DNA of 64,000 bases from Felis catus (taxonomy: Eukaryota), in the NCBI RefSeq assembly GCF_018350175.1, contig NC_058368.1, positions 151,778,001-151,842,000 on the forward strand. Direction: 5' to 3'. Position 1 is the first letter of the stretch. Each line of letters starts with the position of its first letter. The position numbers were made by a program, and so were the translations under genes. A model generated the notes under the pieces. It did not search any database. It had not been told where the DNA came from and worked only from the letters and a program-made list of their open reading frames with translations. This document shows, piece by piece, positions 1 through 13,649 of this stretch.

Positions 1-893
1 TCATTCACCCAGAGAAATTCTTTGACAAGGAAGCCTCAGTTTTATTGTTATTTCTATGGTTACCATTTTCATCCCAGAGATTAAAAAAAGAGACCAGTTC
101 TTTTGCAAATTTTTTTTCACTTTTCCCTCAGGGAGAACAATCTGTTTCCTTCTGATTTTCTGTTACCCTGTTCTTTACCCTTCTCTTATACTATTCTTTG
201 AAGTTATGAAGTCCTATTTCACTTACATAAGACCATTGAGATATAGATAATATGGTATAGACCTTTAACTTCAAACACCAACATGAGTAGAACAAAAAGA
301 TGCAGGTCACAGGCAAAAAAATTCAGATATTCTACTTGATTTGAAAAAAAAAATCCTATGTTAGAAAATTGAAAATAAGCCAAAGCATTTGTTTAACAAA
401 ATGGCTGAGAAGTAGCAAATACCACTTATTAGGCTATGAGCCCCAAGATAATAGTGCATAATACAAAAATGTTAAATTAATTTTACATTTTATAATGTTT
501 ACTGAAGAAATACAACATCCAGAAATTCAGAGACTCTACATATATTGAAATATATTAACTAGCCTTTAAATTTCCTGTGAATCACACATTTAATTTTGAC
601 AAGGTGATAATTTAAAAAAAAGAAAGAAAGAAAAAAACTTGACTATTGATACATTTTGGTAAAACAGCCAGGACTGTATGTTCCCCAGTTTGGTCTATTC
701 ACCCACCCTCAAGTACTACACACCCTAGATATTAAAAGAGCAACAGGTAACACATGCTTTGAAATTAAAATCATATAGCAACCTACTTTATAATTAGTGC
801 CACAAAGACCTTCTTGCCTAATTCAAATCTCAAACTCCAAATGCTATCTTCCTTTGTCACCCAAAATAGTACAAAGATTTTAGCTAAATCCTT

Positions 894-977
894 TATATTT
901 GTTAAAATCAAATATATTTGTTAAAAACAAATATATACTTGTTAAAATCAAATATATTTGTTAAAATCAAATATATA
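894..977. repeat. Tandem repeat, ~19-bp unit x4
   Basis: tatatttgttaaaatcaaa repeated. Confidence 0.9.
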
Positions 978-3218
978 ACAATTATATATTCAAATCCCTC
1001 TATTTTTTATTGTGACATAGTTTAGACAAAAATAAAGACTATCAGAGCCTATTTACTAAAACACGTTTGAATGCATTCTCTCTTTTTCACAACAGAATAC
1101 ATGATCAAACCCCTCTTAGATTTTTACAATAATTTAACAAATTATTCTTCAAGTATAAAATAAGAATGGTGATTCCAAAGTGACCACAGCTTTTTAAATT
1201 TTATGAAGTACTTTACACAAGTACATATAAACAGGTAGGTTGGTAAAACATAATAAAATAACCCTACTGTTGGTTTTTACTAATATTATAGCCACTAATA
1301 AATATGATACTCACCTATTCAACCCTGACCAGGACATATTCAAAATGCAATGGTGATTATAAATGTAAATGTCTCGTGGACCCTGAGCCCTATTCTCACA
1401 AAACCTATATCTTGCAGGGAAGCGGTCATAATAAATGGCAACATATGGAAAATACCACAATATTAATGTAAATGCCATGCTACTGGAGTTTGAGGAAAGG
1501 AAAAATATTTTTTAAATATTTTAAGTCTGAATATTTTTAGTAGCTATTCAACTGCTCAGGTTTGCTTTCCTACTTAAGTCCGTCATTTTTCATTAGTTTT
1601 TGGTTATGTTAAAAAGCCAAAAAGATTCTTCAATTAGTTTTTGATCAAGTGTGAAATCTTCCTCTTTGGTACCTTCACTAGCGTCTGTTGGAAACTGCAA
1701 GAGCACTGACTAACTTTGTTTCATTATCTTAGTTTTCATATCTCATTAGCACTTCCTTCGCTAAATACAAAGAAGGCAGTCCAAAGTTAAAAGTCCTCCT
1801 ATGGCTCCTTAAGGCACTGCAAGAAGAACGTTGGCTCCAGAGAGTATTGCCTTGATTCAGGTTATGCTCTAAAATACAGTGAGACTTGGGGCATATTTAC
1901 AGTCTTCTCACCGCCCCCTCCCCAACTATCCACCAAGGCAAGGCTTTTAAAACCTATTGATGGAACTCTCCCACAGCTCAAGCTGTTGCCTGGTTGTAAC
2001 TTTACCAACCCTTGGAATCTGGCTCTCAGGCCACTTGGCAACTTCTGTATTTAGGTCACTCACAAGTAGGACTTAAAAATACTACATAATACTCTGATTC
2101 AGCTTCTTAATGTGCCTCATGTATGTAGTTCAGAGACCAGAAGTCTGAGTTTAAGTTATGTGCCTTTGAATTTACCAATAGGTTATGTAGCCCTTTTTAA
2201 TTTTAATTTCCTTTTACTTTTAGTAAAATATCTATACATTTTCTATTTTTACTTTCAAACAATTATAACATTATATTATAATCTTATATAATAGCTGACT
2301 GCTGTTAATAAGAGATTATAGATAAAATGTAATCGTTCAGGAGCTATTATCTACGAATGTGTTTGTATCATTCTCTCAGTAGAGTCAGAGTAGTACTCTA
2401 AACCAGTACTTGGTGTATGCTGAAGATGTTTTTAGAATACCCCAATAGAAAAACTGGGCAAATATTACATTCATTGATTCACAAAAGGAGCTTTATAAAT
2501 ATTCCCTAAACATATGAAAAATGTCCAGACATGTTGGCATTAAAATATTTTAGATTAAAGCAGAAGTATTTTTGTCTGCCAAAGATTTTTTAGTACTCCT
2601 TTTTGGCAAAGGTACAGTGAAAGTGGCACAGTTGCATATTCCTGATGGGATTGTGAACTAGATCAATTCTGGAAGGCTACTTGCCATTTGGTATTAAAGG
2701 CCTTGATCATCACATGTAAAAAGGGGGAAATTGCCAAAAGCATTCCATTCTATTTTCTTCTCTTTGTACTTGGTCCAATATAGTTCTTAAGTGAGTTTTG
2801 TAGGATTTTATTGTCCATTTAATGGAAGAGGTTCTACTAGAATATTTAGAAAGAATCAGGGGACAAATGTTACTGATTGTGAAATCAGAGAAGTTGGTGC
2901 CATGACATGTAGACATAGGACTAGAATATGTTTGGGGTTCTCTCCAGTTAGAGAAAGGTTAAGGTGGAATAGCTGACTATAAACTGTATGTTGGAGGAGA
3001 AGGGAATTCTGGTCAGCCAAGAATTGGACAGTATGAAAATCAGTTATGGAATATAACTGAGAGTTGTTTTTGTTTATTTTTTGTCTGACCAGCGTCATTT
3101 ATTTAGGAGAAATGCCCCTCACTCTCTTGTATAAAGTTCTGATAATTCTTTCAGCTTATGGCAGGAACAGGACCCAAATTAGGCCAAATACATTCTCTTT
3201 TCTAAGAATATGAATCTT

Positions 3219-3439
3219 TAAAAAAATTTTTTTTCAACGTTTATTTATTTTTGGGACAGAGAGAGAGACAGAGCATGAACGGGCGAGGGGCAGAGAGAGA
3301 GGGAGACACAGAATCGGAAACAGCCTCCAGGCTCTGAGCCAACAGCCCAGAGCCCGACGCGGGGCTCGAACTCACGGACCGCGAGATCGTGACCTGGCTG
3401 AAGTCGGACGCTTAACCGACTGCGCCACCCAGGCACCCC
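3219..3439 (-). mobile_element. Young felid-type Can-SINE with 16-bp TSD
   Basis: CpG-intact body; TSD taagaatatgaatctt at 3203-3218 and 3441-3456. Confidence 0.97.
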
Positions 3440-3850
3440 ATAAGAATATGAATCTTAAATGGAGGCACATAAGGATAGAAAACAGTTGGCACTGAGTCCC
3501 TTAGTGGCCAACCCTTAAGAAACACCCCATTTATTTCTGCTGCTGAGGTCCTAGGGATTTCTCTTGCTGTCAAGCACTTAAGATTATAACTTACTTTTGT
3601 TATGTGAGTTATACAATATTCTTTTCTTATTGAAAAATAGAAAAGAAGGAAGGAAGGAGGGAGGAAAGAAATTGCTCAAAATTTTGAAATTTTAGTAATT
3701 CTACTCATAGGGATTTTCTTAAGAAAATTATGAGATATCAACCTAAAAATTTACAAAGTAAATTTACAATGGTAAAAAATAAAAACAAATCTAAAGGGCA
3801 TAAAGAATACTATGATGCTATAAAAACAATTATTTTTAATAAAATTTTAT

Positions 3851-4040
3851 GGGGCACCTGCATAACTTGGTCAGTTGACACTGGATTTTAGCTCAGGTCA
3901 TGATCTCACAGGTTCATGAGCTCAAGCCCCACATCAGGCTCTGCACTGATGGCACGAAGCCTGCTTAGGATTCTCTCTCTGCCCCTCCCTTGCTCATGCT
4001 TTTTCTCCATCTCTCTAAAAAAAAATAAATAAGCAAAAAT
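3851..4040 (+). mobile_element. Can-SINE (older)
   Basis: ggggcacctg...tcaggtcatgatctcacag...(CT) tract, A tail. Confidence 0.9.
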
Positions 4041-5225
4041 TTTAAATATTTTATAACAGTTCAAATGATTGTTAGTCATAACAAAACAAAGCAACAACTA
4101 GAATAAAAACTATATACTATACAATCCCAGTGAAACATACACACATGAACAATCATAACATTAGGAAGAAAAATCTACTACATGCTGACTGTGGTTGTCT
4201 TTGGGGTATAAATCTGATTTATCAATTTGAATAAAATTTCATTATCAATTGAGTTATAACAGAGTCCCTATAATTTTTCTTTGTTTCCATATTGTATCTT
4301 AATGAAAAAATGGCAAATTTATTCAGTTATAAAAAAAAATAACTGTGATTTAAATGTCATAACTTTCATAGTGAGACTGTGAACTTTTTATATTTCTATT
4401 TCCAATCCATTTCATCCAATTCAAAAATCCAAAGTAATTTTCTCTTCTATGTATTTGAACCAGAGGTAAGGAGGTTGGTGGGACATGCCTGTATGTTACA
4501 GTTCCAAGCCTTGCTCTTTGGTCTAAGTGCCACTCAAATCACTGGTTACAAATTAATTCCCACCTTTCAAAATCTATACTGTAGTCCCCTACCACCTTTG
4601 GTCACCAACTTCCACCTTCTATCTGAATGTACACACGCTATTACTCATTCTGGCTATCTTGCTTTTTGCCTCAAAAACTCAAAAAGTGAATCATAATATA
4701 AATTTTTTTTTATTTTTCTGATGCTGTTTAATTTCAATGTTGCTGCTGAAATGTTTTCTTCTATTAATTTTTTTTCATTTACATGAGGCATTAAAGAGAA
4801 CTTTCCCCAAAACTACTATTTATAATACTAATCCTTTAAAAAAGTGTTTTACATTAAAACAATCAATTAAAAAAAAACACCTTTGGGGAAAAATAAAGAC
4901 GAAAGCTTTTTTGTACTCAGCTTATTTTGCATTACTTTGCACATTCACTTACGTGATTTTAAGTGGTCTTATGCTATTTGAGTGTATTATCTCAACTGGA
5001 CTATATTCTTTAAAGGAAAGAACAATTATCCCATTGTCTGTGTTTCCCCTACACAGTGCTTTACACAATATCTTATATACATTAGTGGCTTAAAACGTTT
5101 TCTAATCCACTTTATCATTTTTATATATCACGATTCAGAATTTCATATCTAGTTTTCAAAGAGCTATTGACAACAGTACCTATGGAAACAATGAGTACTG
5201 AAGCAAACCATGGAGCAATCTTTAC

Positions 5226-5321
5226 CTGTTTCCAGTCTAAATAAACGGCTGATCTCATATACGGATCATTTTAATTTAGTTTGTCCAATAATGAGTTTAT
5301 CTTGATGTCACAATTTTTCTC
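5226..5321 (-). pseudogene. Fossil exon (96 nt), resembles the extreme C-terminus of a dynein heavy chain
   Basis: tattttataAG acceptor, cag|GTaaag donor; EKNCDIKINSLLDKLN*NDPYMRSAVYLDWKQ. Confidence 0.65.
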
Positions 5322-6034
5322 CTTATAAAATATAATATTTTAATATTTAGATATAAATTAAACCAGGAGAATATGGCTTCTACAATTCCTTTTATTGACC
5401 TATTATTTAGAATACAAGTTGCCATTTGAAAGGGACTAGCCCAGGATTAAATTGTGTGTGCCCATTCATTTTAGTGAAAAGAAAAATGTTTTTTTTAAAA
5501 GAATCACTCAATTTGTACAATAAAAATTCAGCTATTCTATAATTTACCTATAAAAGAGGTGAAGAATACAACATTCCCCCCATCTACCTCTATTTCTCTA
5601 TATCTACACACACACACATACATATATGTTAACAAATATATTATTTTCTGGTCTTAAAAAAATGAAACAGTAGACTTAAAAAAGTTGTTACCTTAGGCGG
5701 GGGAGCAACGACAGAATAAAAAAAAGGATAGAGATGGAACACAGAAATCCAAGATATACCTAGTTTTAAATACTGGGCTTTGAATTAATATAAATCTTTG
5801 AACATAATTTATAAAACCAAAGCCACATTGATATAAATACAACTAATACCTAAAATTCAAAAGCAAAATAAAACAAACAAAACAAATGACATAGTGTATT
5901 GGTGGCACAGCATCACAGGGAAAAACTGTTTCAAGTGGCTTTAGCCAGTGATTTTGACAAAACTTGGTAGTATGTATCTTAAACCAAAAATCATTTAGGA
6001 GAAAAAAAAAGCTTAAGTATCTTTCACTGATCAT

Positions 6035-6480
6035 ATTTTTTTAAACTACTGTATTGAGGTATGACTGACATATCAAGAGCTGTATATATTTAATGTATAC
6101 AACTCGTTGAGTTTGGGGATAAGTGTACATACCCCTGTAAAACCATCACTCTCATCAAAGACATACCCATCACCTGTCAAAGTGATGTGTCCTCCTGCCC
6201 CCTTTATTAGTATTTTGTGTATGTGGTAAGAACTCTTAACAGAAGATAAATCTTCTTAGCAAACTTTAATTATATTATACAGTATTGTTATCTACAGAAA
6301 CTATAGTATCTGATAGATCTCTAGAGCTTAGTTACCTTAGAGAACTGAAACATACTCTTTAACTGTCGCCTCTCCACTTTTCCCTTCCCCAGCCCCTGGC
6401 AACCACCATTATACTCTCTGGTTGTATGAATTTGACTATCTTATGTTCCACATGTAAGTGAGATCATACAGTGTTTTTCA
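6035..6480 (-). mobile_element. Old L1 3' end (L1MA/MB-like)
   Basis: ccagcccctggcaaccaccattatactctctg...catgtaagtgagatcatacag. Confidence 0.8.
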
Positions 6481-7249
6481 GTCATCACAGTGTTTATGAT
6501 AATGCTAGTAGTGTTATTTTGAGACTGTCATATGTATATAATCTGAGAAAGCAAATATAGTAATTAAATGGTGTCATTTAGATCTTGGATTTTTATTAAG
6601 AAAGGAGATACAGATAAAGATAGAAGTTAATAAAAAAAAAAAAGAAGTAATCCTGAATGTGAACTAGGTTATCAAGATGAACCCATGATTCTTTTTTTCT
6701 TAGCTAAAAAGTCCTAAAAACATAACTGTTGGTAGCAGTGGGCATTTCTAATACTTGAATTATGGTCTGTAAATATTGTATATTCACTTGGAGAAGTGGC
6801 TGAGGAGAGGGCACTGGGCACATAAGTGTCAAGAGATGCCCTTAGGAACCCACTGGGTTTGAGACTCTTCTTGTCTGCCTCCACTGTGTAGCAGCAACCA
6901 TTAAGCCTACAAGACTTTCTGCCAATACAGAAAATCCTGTCTTTATCTTTTAAAAAGCAGGTGGCAGTAAGAATTTCAAGTTCAGTGGAACTTGAAGTCT
7001 GTAACTTGCAAGAGAAAATCCTCTGCCCCACACATGAAAAACAATCAAATCCAATCAAATGCAATCCTCTGCCACACACATGAAAAACAAATCAAATCAA
7101 AACAAATCAAATCTGGAAGAACGTAAGACTGTGGAGATGAGAATCAAAAATTTCACAGTTGAGTCACAGGGAATGATGATGATCAAAGAGGCTAATCACA
7201 CTTCAACTCCTTTTTTCCAATACCCATATATTCTACTATTAAAAATATA

Positions 7250-8200
7250 GCACCTGATAATGGCCATGAGTTCAGGACCTATACCAGCTCCTAGAAGACA
7301 GAACCAAAGTCCCAGAGCTGATGCTTTAGGTAAGCATTGTGCCATGTTCTAGTAAGCCAGCTGCTTCTGGGTGAGGAATATATGTTAAGACCAGTGGCTA
7401 TCTTGTTCTAGAGCCTATCGTAACACCTCCGTTATCATAAAATATTTGGGCTGAAGGAACATGTGTGGGTACTGTGTTGATAGGTGAGACATTCTGGTAA
7501 GCCGGGGGGTGGTAGCCATGATGGCAGCATTTCAGAAATGGAAGGCAGATCAGTATCAAGTGTACAGTAAAGATCAACCTGGGGAGGATTCATCACTAAT
7601 CATGTTGAATGGAATTGATTTAACAAAACTACCACAGAGTGGCCGACCAGTTACCTTGAGAAATGCTGCCATAGTGTGTAGTCAGAATTCATTTCTGGTA
7701 ATGTCAAGTCTAGTCTACAGCAGTGGCATTAGTGGGTGGTAAAGCTTGTTGAGAAGGAGCACAAACTGGTGGGCCCATACAAAGCCTTCTGCTGCTATCA
7801 TCATGAAAACACTCTTTATGGGCCCATTGCACCTTCATTAGAATGTCCCTCTAGTTTCTGAGAGCCTGTATCCAATGGAGGCTCATGTACACATTAACAT
7901 AATATGCAAGGATTCTATTATGCCCAATTTCATCAACTCATCTGATTCATCCAATTCTTGGACGTGCTCCTGTAATTTTATCCTTTTAATGGCCCTAACC
8001 AAATCATTTACCACTAGGCAGCAGTCTGTGGAAAGGATAAGTCCACTTATCCTTGTATAAAAAGTAAATAACCATGTTTCTGCTCATAGCTCTAGGCACT
8101 GAAGGATTACTTTTACTGCTATTCATCAAATTGGCCCCAAAATATTACAACTGTGCACTTTGAGCTAGTACTATTCACTTGGGTCTAACACCAACATATT
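7250..8200 (-). mobile_element. ERVL/MaLR internal-region relic
   Basis: Higher-GC block resembling decayed ERVL pol (RNase H/integrase region) on the reverse strand. Confidence 0.55.
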
Positions 8201-8235
8201 GAATAATTTATGGATTAAATCCTATAATATCTTCA

Positions 8236-8253
8236 CTTATGTTTTAAAACAAT

Positions 8254-8308
<55 letters not shown>
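8236..8308. repeat. (AG)n microsatellite
   Basis: Direct reading. Confidence 0.95.
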
Positions 8309-8309
<1 letters not shown>

Positions 8310-8490
8310 AAACGGGTGAGGGAGAGGAAGGGAAATGGTAGCTAGTAACAGGGCACGGTATAGAAGAAACCACTTTGGCCATAAGATGATAATTCTTAAA
8401 GCCAAGCAATAGCTACAAAAGTGTGCCTTATACCATTTTTCTACTTTCATATGTGGTTGTAATATTTCATAATACAACATTAAAATAAAA

Positions 8491-8603
8491 CTCCCACTAC
8501 TAAGTTCTGGCAAGCATGCAGTGAAGTTGCATATGTAATAACATGGGGAAAATCATCATCTTAGCAGTTGGTATGATAATTCTTCTGTGGAGAAAGACTT
8601 ACT
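8491..8603 (-). pseudogene. Fossil exon 5' half, cut by an old L1
   Basis: tttttattttctctacAG acceptor; SKSFSTEELSYQLL; abuts an L1M A-rich tail at ~8490. Confidence 0.55.
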
Positions 8604-8814
8604 CTGTAGAGAAAATAAAAATCATTTAAATAAGATGCTGTATGCTTAGTGATATGGCCACTCTACAAACTTTAGTAAAGTACCAAACAAATGCTTGATC
8701 CATTAAAACTTTCTGGGAAATATGATTAATGAATTCAGTCTTTAATTAAAGTTAGGGAAGCAAAACATAAACAGCCAGCGCAGAAAAGCATGAGAACTGG
8801 CAAATGGATTGTAC

Positions 8815-9310
8815 AATGTGTCAGGTAGACTCCAAAAACTACATATACTTGCTATTTTGTCATCAAGAAGGAAATCTATTTGCCCAGACACAAACTGGTC
8901 TGCTTTTGTGATTTTCCTTGACCAACAGAATGTGGCAGAAGTGGCACTGTACCAGTTCCAATCTTAGCCTTTAAGAAATGTAGCAGCTTGTGCTATTTCT
9001 CTGGAAAGAAATGTGAAGGTCCTGAGACCACCATGTTGTGAGGAAGCCCAAGTTTGCTACATGGAGTATCTACATGAAGGATAACCAAGGAACCAGACAC
9101 ATGACCCCAGTCCCAGACCAGCACCTGAGCCAGTCCCTAGCCATGTGAGCAATACTACCAGAGACTCCAGACATTATCAGCAGACATAAAATGCCCTTGG
9201 TGTCCCATGTGTGAATTTCTGACCCACGGAATTGTGAATAAATAAAACAATTGCATTTTAAGCTACTATTTTGGGGGATGGTTTACTATGCAAAATTAGA
9301 TAACTAAATG
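8815..9310 (+). mobile_element. MaLR solo LTR (MLT1G/H-like)
   Basis: gaccaacagaatgtggcagaagtg ... aataaaacaattgcattttaagctacta ... tagataactaaa. Confidence 0.75.
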
Positions 9311-9607
9311 TCTAACAGTAAGAAAAGTAACTTATACTACATTCATAAGAGTTTTATATATTCTTTGTGAATGAAAGCAGTGAAAATAACAGGAAATGCT
9401 TACAAAGTAATGATAGATGACAAATTGATATACATTATATGTGCACTCTGATTAAAACTGAATTTAAAAATAATAAAAAGAGATATAGAAATATCATATC
9501 CATGACCTAAAATCTGTTTAGAGTTGATATTAACTAAAGTTACTGATATGTAATAGAGTGAAATTATTTTTATTTCATGAATATTGCATTCCAAACACTG
9601 TACTCAC

Positions 9608-9681
9608 TCAACTTGTTTTATGCCCAGAGATTTATAAATGCTTTGGGATTGTATGGTACCAGGAAAAAAGAAAAAGCAAGC
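9608..9681 (-). pseudogene. Fossil exon (74 nt), dynein C-terminal-like
   Basis: tttttctcttgattttccAG acceptor in matching phase 2, GTgagt donor; RLAFSFFLVPYNPKAFINLWA*NKL. Confidence 0.75.
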
Positions 9682-9896
9682 CTGGAAAATCAAGAGAAAA
9701 ATGATTTACATTGTCTTTTTGAATCACGCTAGGGGACAGTAAAATATTCTATAACAAAATGCCTGGCCTAAGATAGACTTTAAATAAGGTTTAGCAGACA
9801 AGAAGAGAGACAGAAAGAGGGGAGGGGAAAAAAATGACAAACTTTAGATCTTGATTCCAAGGAAGGGGTACCCTAATATAAAAAAATGCACATCAA

Positions 9897-10100
9897 AGGT
9901 GCCTGGGTGGCCCAGTCGGTTAAGCATCTGACTTTCAATTTTGGCTCAGGTCATTATCTCACAGTTTGTGAGTTCAAGCCCCACAATGGGCTCTGCACTG
10001 ACAGCTGGGAGTCTGCATGGGAGTCTCTCTCTCCTTCTCCCTCTTTCTCTACCCCTCCCTGCTTGCACACATGTACACATGCACGCTCTCTCTCACCTCA
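9897..10100 (+). mobile_element. Can-SINE
   Basis: ggtgcctgggtggcccagtcggttaagcatctgact. Confidence 0.9.
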
Positions 10101-10189
10101 AGAAAGACACTGTAAGACCTGATACAATAGGGGCTAATGCAAAAAATAAGCTAATATGTAATATTGTTCCTTTATTCATAGTTGTATTA

Positions 10190-10370
10190 CGGGGTGGGGG
10201 AGGATGGGCTAAATGGGTGATGGACATTACGGAGGGCACTTGTTAGGATGAGCACTGGGTGTTATACGTAAGTGATGAATCACTAAATTTTACTCCTAAA
10301 ATCATTATTACACTACATGTTAACTAACTTGGATTTAAATACAATTTAAAAAGTAAATAAAAGTAAATAT
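10190..10370 (+). mobile_element. Carnivore L1 3'-end fragment
   Basis: gatgagcactgggtgttata...gatgaatcactaaatt...tgttaactaacttggatttaaa; same family as the 3' end of the L1 at 39026-45030. Confidence 0.85.
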
Positions 10371-11448
10371 TACCAATACCACCAAAAAATAGTTGGGTGA
10401 ACAGTAGAGCACATTTCCGAAGGAAATGACTGAACAGTGGTATTATGAATGGGGTTTGGTTCTAGAAAGGAGCCATGAGATTTGCTACTGGTTACAAAAC
10501 TAGTAGATGGCTGAAGAATCAGCAAATCAAGCTAACCACAAAAGCTTTAGTATATTTTCTGGCATCATGATGAGATTGATTTTGGAAATCTATTGGAGTT
10601 ATGAAAGTGTGTAACTCCAGAAGCATCTGACACTGCCAGGATCAGTTATAAGTCTATGAGTGGATTTCGCAGACTTACAATTACACTAGTTGACAAATTA
10701 TAATTGAATAAAACAATTTCTTTACTGATAAATACAGGTGTAGGTCTTACTCTAGAGAGTAACATAGCACGTAACACTTACTTTATATTTCGTCAATCAA
10801 AAAATTTTTTTACAAAAAGTATTTCAGAAACATGGCTAGTTAGCCAAGAACTATATTCTTACCACATATAAGGAATCATTAGAGTTATCTTATTTATAGT
10901 TCTGAAAACAAATACCACTAAAGAAATAAAGTTGAAATATGTCATTATATAAATTAAATATATCTCCATATGTAACAACTCTACCACTGCATACAATTCA
11001 CAATCACTACCAATCTCTTTTTCTTTTATTTATAGAAAAGATGCATAGCCTTCCTAACTTGGGGTCACAAGAGTTTAGATTTAGAGTCAAATGTGGTTTT
11101 TAACTAAGTCACTACCTTGGATCCATCACTTAAGAGCTACATGAACTCGGGGAATTTAAATTCTCTGTACTTCAGTTTTCTCATCTTTGATGAAGGATAA
11201 GTTTGTAAGATAAAAAATTTCCCTTATGAGAGTGTGTAAAATAGTACATGGGATTTGGTAAGTACTCAATAGTAACTTAGTAAGTACTTTAGTAACATCT
11301 ATCCTGATTTAGAGTATAAACTTCCCATGATGAAACATCTTAAAAAAAGATCATAGTCATTGATGAGGCAGACTGACCCACTTTCTAAAGAAGGCATACT
11401 ACACATGCTGACTTTAACTATAATTTCCTTCACCTTCTGGAGAATTAC

Positions 11449-11570
11449 CTACTGCTTTAAACTTTATAATATTCCCAAAGTTCTAAATAACCAACTTGCA
11501 TATTTAATCTCTGGAGGACAACTTCTAATTATTTCAAGTACCAAAATGAGGAAAAAGCATTTAGAAATCT
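11449..11570 (-). pseudogene. Fossil exon (122 nt)
   Basis: ttttccatttgtatttacttAG acceptor, phase 0 RFLNAFSSFWYLK*LEVVLQRLNMQVGYLELWEYYKV; ag|GTaatt donor in phase 2. Confidence 0.7.
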
Positions 11571-12205
11571 CTAAGTAAATACAAATGGAAAATGTGAACT
11601 ACACGAAGTATTGCTAACTTGGAATGTTATTTTCAAATACATAATATTTAAAGATGAGAACAGTTTATTTAAGAGTATTTTATCAGTAAAAAAAGAGTAT
11701 TTTATAAGTTATGCTATTATTATATGTCAGTCAACTGAAAGAAGGGTACTAGATAACAAAATATGAGCAGTGACTTTCCCAAGGTAAGATAGAACCTGGA
11801 TGATCTTTTGTGATTCCTTAAATCCTTGTCTATCTTGAGTGGTTACATGCTTGGGTATTTTACATTGGCCCACACCAAATGGTTTAGGTGAAAATTGTTT
11901 AGGTGCTGTGTCCAGTCTGGCTTAGCAAATGTCTCAAAAGTTTAGATTTTCTGATATAATTGTTTACTAAGTATTACTGTATTACATTACTAGATATAAA
12001 GCAGTCTAATTTGTTTTCTGATACTTGTATCTTCAAATCTCCATTTCAAATGAGCTTGTTTTAAAACAAATCAAAAGAGAGAGAGAGAGAGAGGGAGAAA
12101 GAGACAATTGTAGAATTTCTTGACACCATTTTCAGTAACTCTCTGATTTGGTTGTATCCATACAACCGTATCAATCCATCCATCCATCAATCCATCAATC
12201 CATAC

Positions 12206-12836
12206 AATTGTCTTGTAGCTCAATTAGAAGTCTTGCTTCTAGAATTTATATAAGATCTTTTTTTTTCTAACAGAAATATGACTTTTGAGGACAAATTCAT
12301 TTTAACTAAACATTAAATAAACTGGAAAGATAAACTGTAAAAATTTGTGTTATAGTAGGACCTCTCCCCAGGTTGGGGACAACAAGAATTGAAATCATGG
12401 TTTCTTAAATAATTCTGTTTATTCTAAGGGGCTGCGTAAAAACACTGTAGATTCAGTGAGGTTCATTTATAATCACAATGATTTCAAATATTTGCATAAT
12501 TCTCCATCAATGTTCATACAAATGTGTACATGAACTGTCAACACACAATTAGCCTTTAAGACTAGTTTTATGTCAGAAACTGCCCACACATGGTGAACCA
12601 TCTTGGGCTACTGTACATTGAAAAGATCATATCTGGTTTGTGTGGAAAAAATGACATTCCCAGTTCTTCAATGAAATGATCTTATTGAATTCATTTCCAA
12701 ACAGGTAAAGAAACCACCCTTTTAAAAGCTTTGAGCTTTTAAAAGCTCATACATTATCAATCGCTTTTGTTTTTCCGACTCTGTTACTTTGCTACTCCCT
12801 TCTTTATGTAATTATGTTCTTCCATTTGAGTTTAAC
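12206..12836 (-). pseudogene. Fossil exon (~630 nt)
   Basis: One frame throughout: KQKRLIMYELLKAQSF*KGGFF...MVHHVWAVSDIKLVLKANCVLTVHVHICMNIDGELCKYLKSL...FQFLLSPTWGEVLL; att|GTatgg donor. Confidence 0.65.
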
Positions 12837-13649
12837 CTTACAAGGTAATCTTTTAATATTGTAAATGAATGTAGGGAATTCAAGGTAATGGTATACACAA
12901 TTAGTTGTACTGTGCTGAGGACTATGGCATCACAATCTCATCATTTTGGTAAATTTTTCAAAGTTTCTTTCCTATGTAGCTGACATCTTATCACTTTTCC
13001 TCAAAACAATGTTCACAGAATATTTGTGACAAATTTTAATAAAAACAAATTCTGTCAGGGAACACCACATTTTACTATGAGAGGATAGGTATCCTGTGTG
13101 CACCGATACCCAGTGAAATACTTAAGGATTAGTAAATATTCTATTTAAACTCCTTAAGGCACTTTTATCCACTTACCCATGCAATAACTTATTAACTAAT
13201 TCATTCATAAAACATCTGTTGAGGACTCTGCTAAATGTTGATGATAAACATGTTAAGAATTGTCTCTCACATAGAGGAGGTGGCTGCTTTGATAATTCAT
13301 CCTAAAAATCTATGTTTTCTATTCCAATTATATTCCAACTCAGACCACATGGGTAAAAGTGAGCATTTCATATTTCAGAATCTAAACTGTACAGACCAAG
13401 GACATAAGCTCTGGTATTAAGTCCAGCTCTGTCATTATGAGATATATGACCTCAAGAGACATGGAAAAGCCCCTAAACTCAATTTCTTCATTTGTGAAAT
13501 GCAGACAATAGTGGTACCCTCATCACCCACCAACATAAATACAAGCTATTTCTCATGGCTTTCTCATTCATCTCAAATAAATGATAACTTAAGAGTCAAT
13601 TTATAAAACAAATAGTTCAAAATGTGTTAGTTAATGTCTGGCTTCTTCT

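Noticed and set aside
3219..3439. tRNA gene calls from A/B-box-like SINE heads
   Set aside because: All are tRNA-derived Can-SINE heads with CT tracts and A tails, not tRNA genes.
4379..5093. Plus-strand ORFs of 105 and 118 aa
   Set aside because: AT-biased composition, no recognisable domain and no splice context.
12719..12749. 18-bp palindrome tgagcttttaaaagctca with adjacent partial repeat
   Set aside because: Short and AT-rich; no evidence of function.
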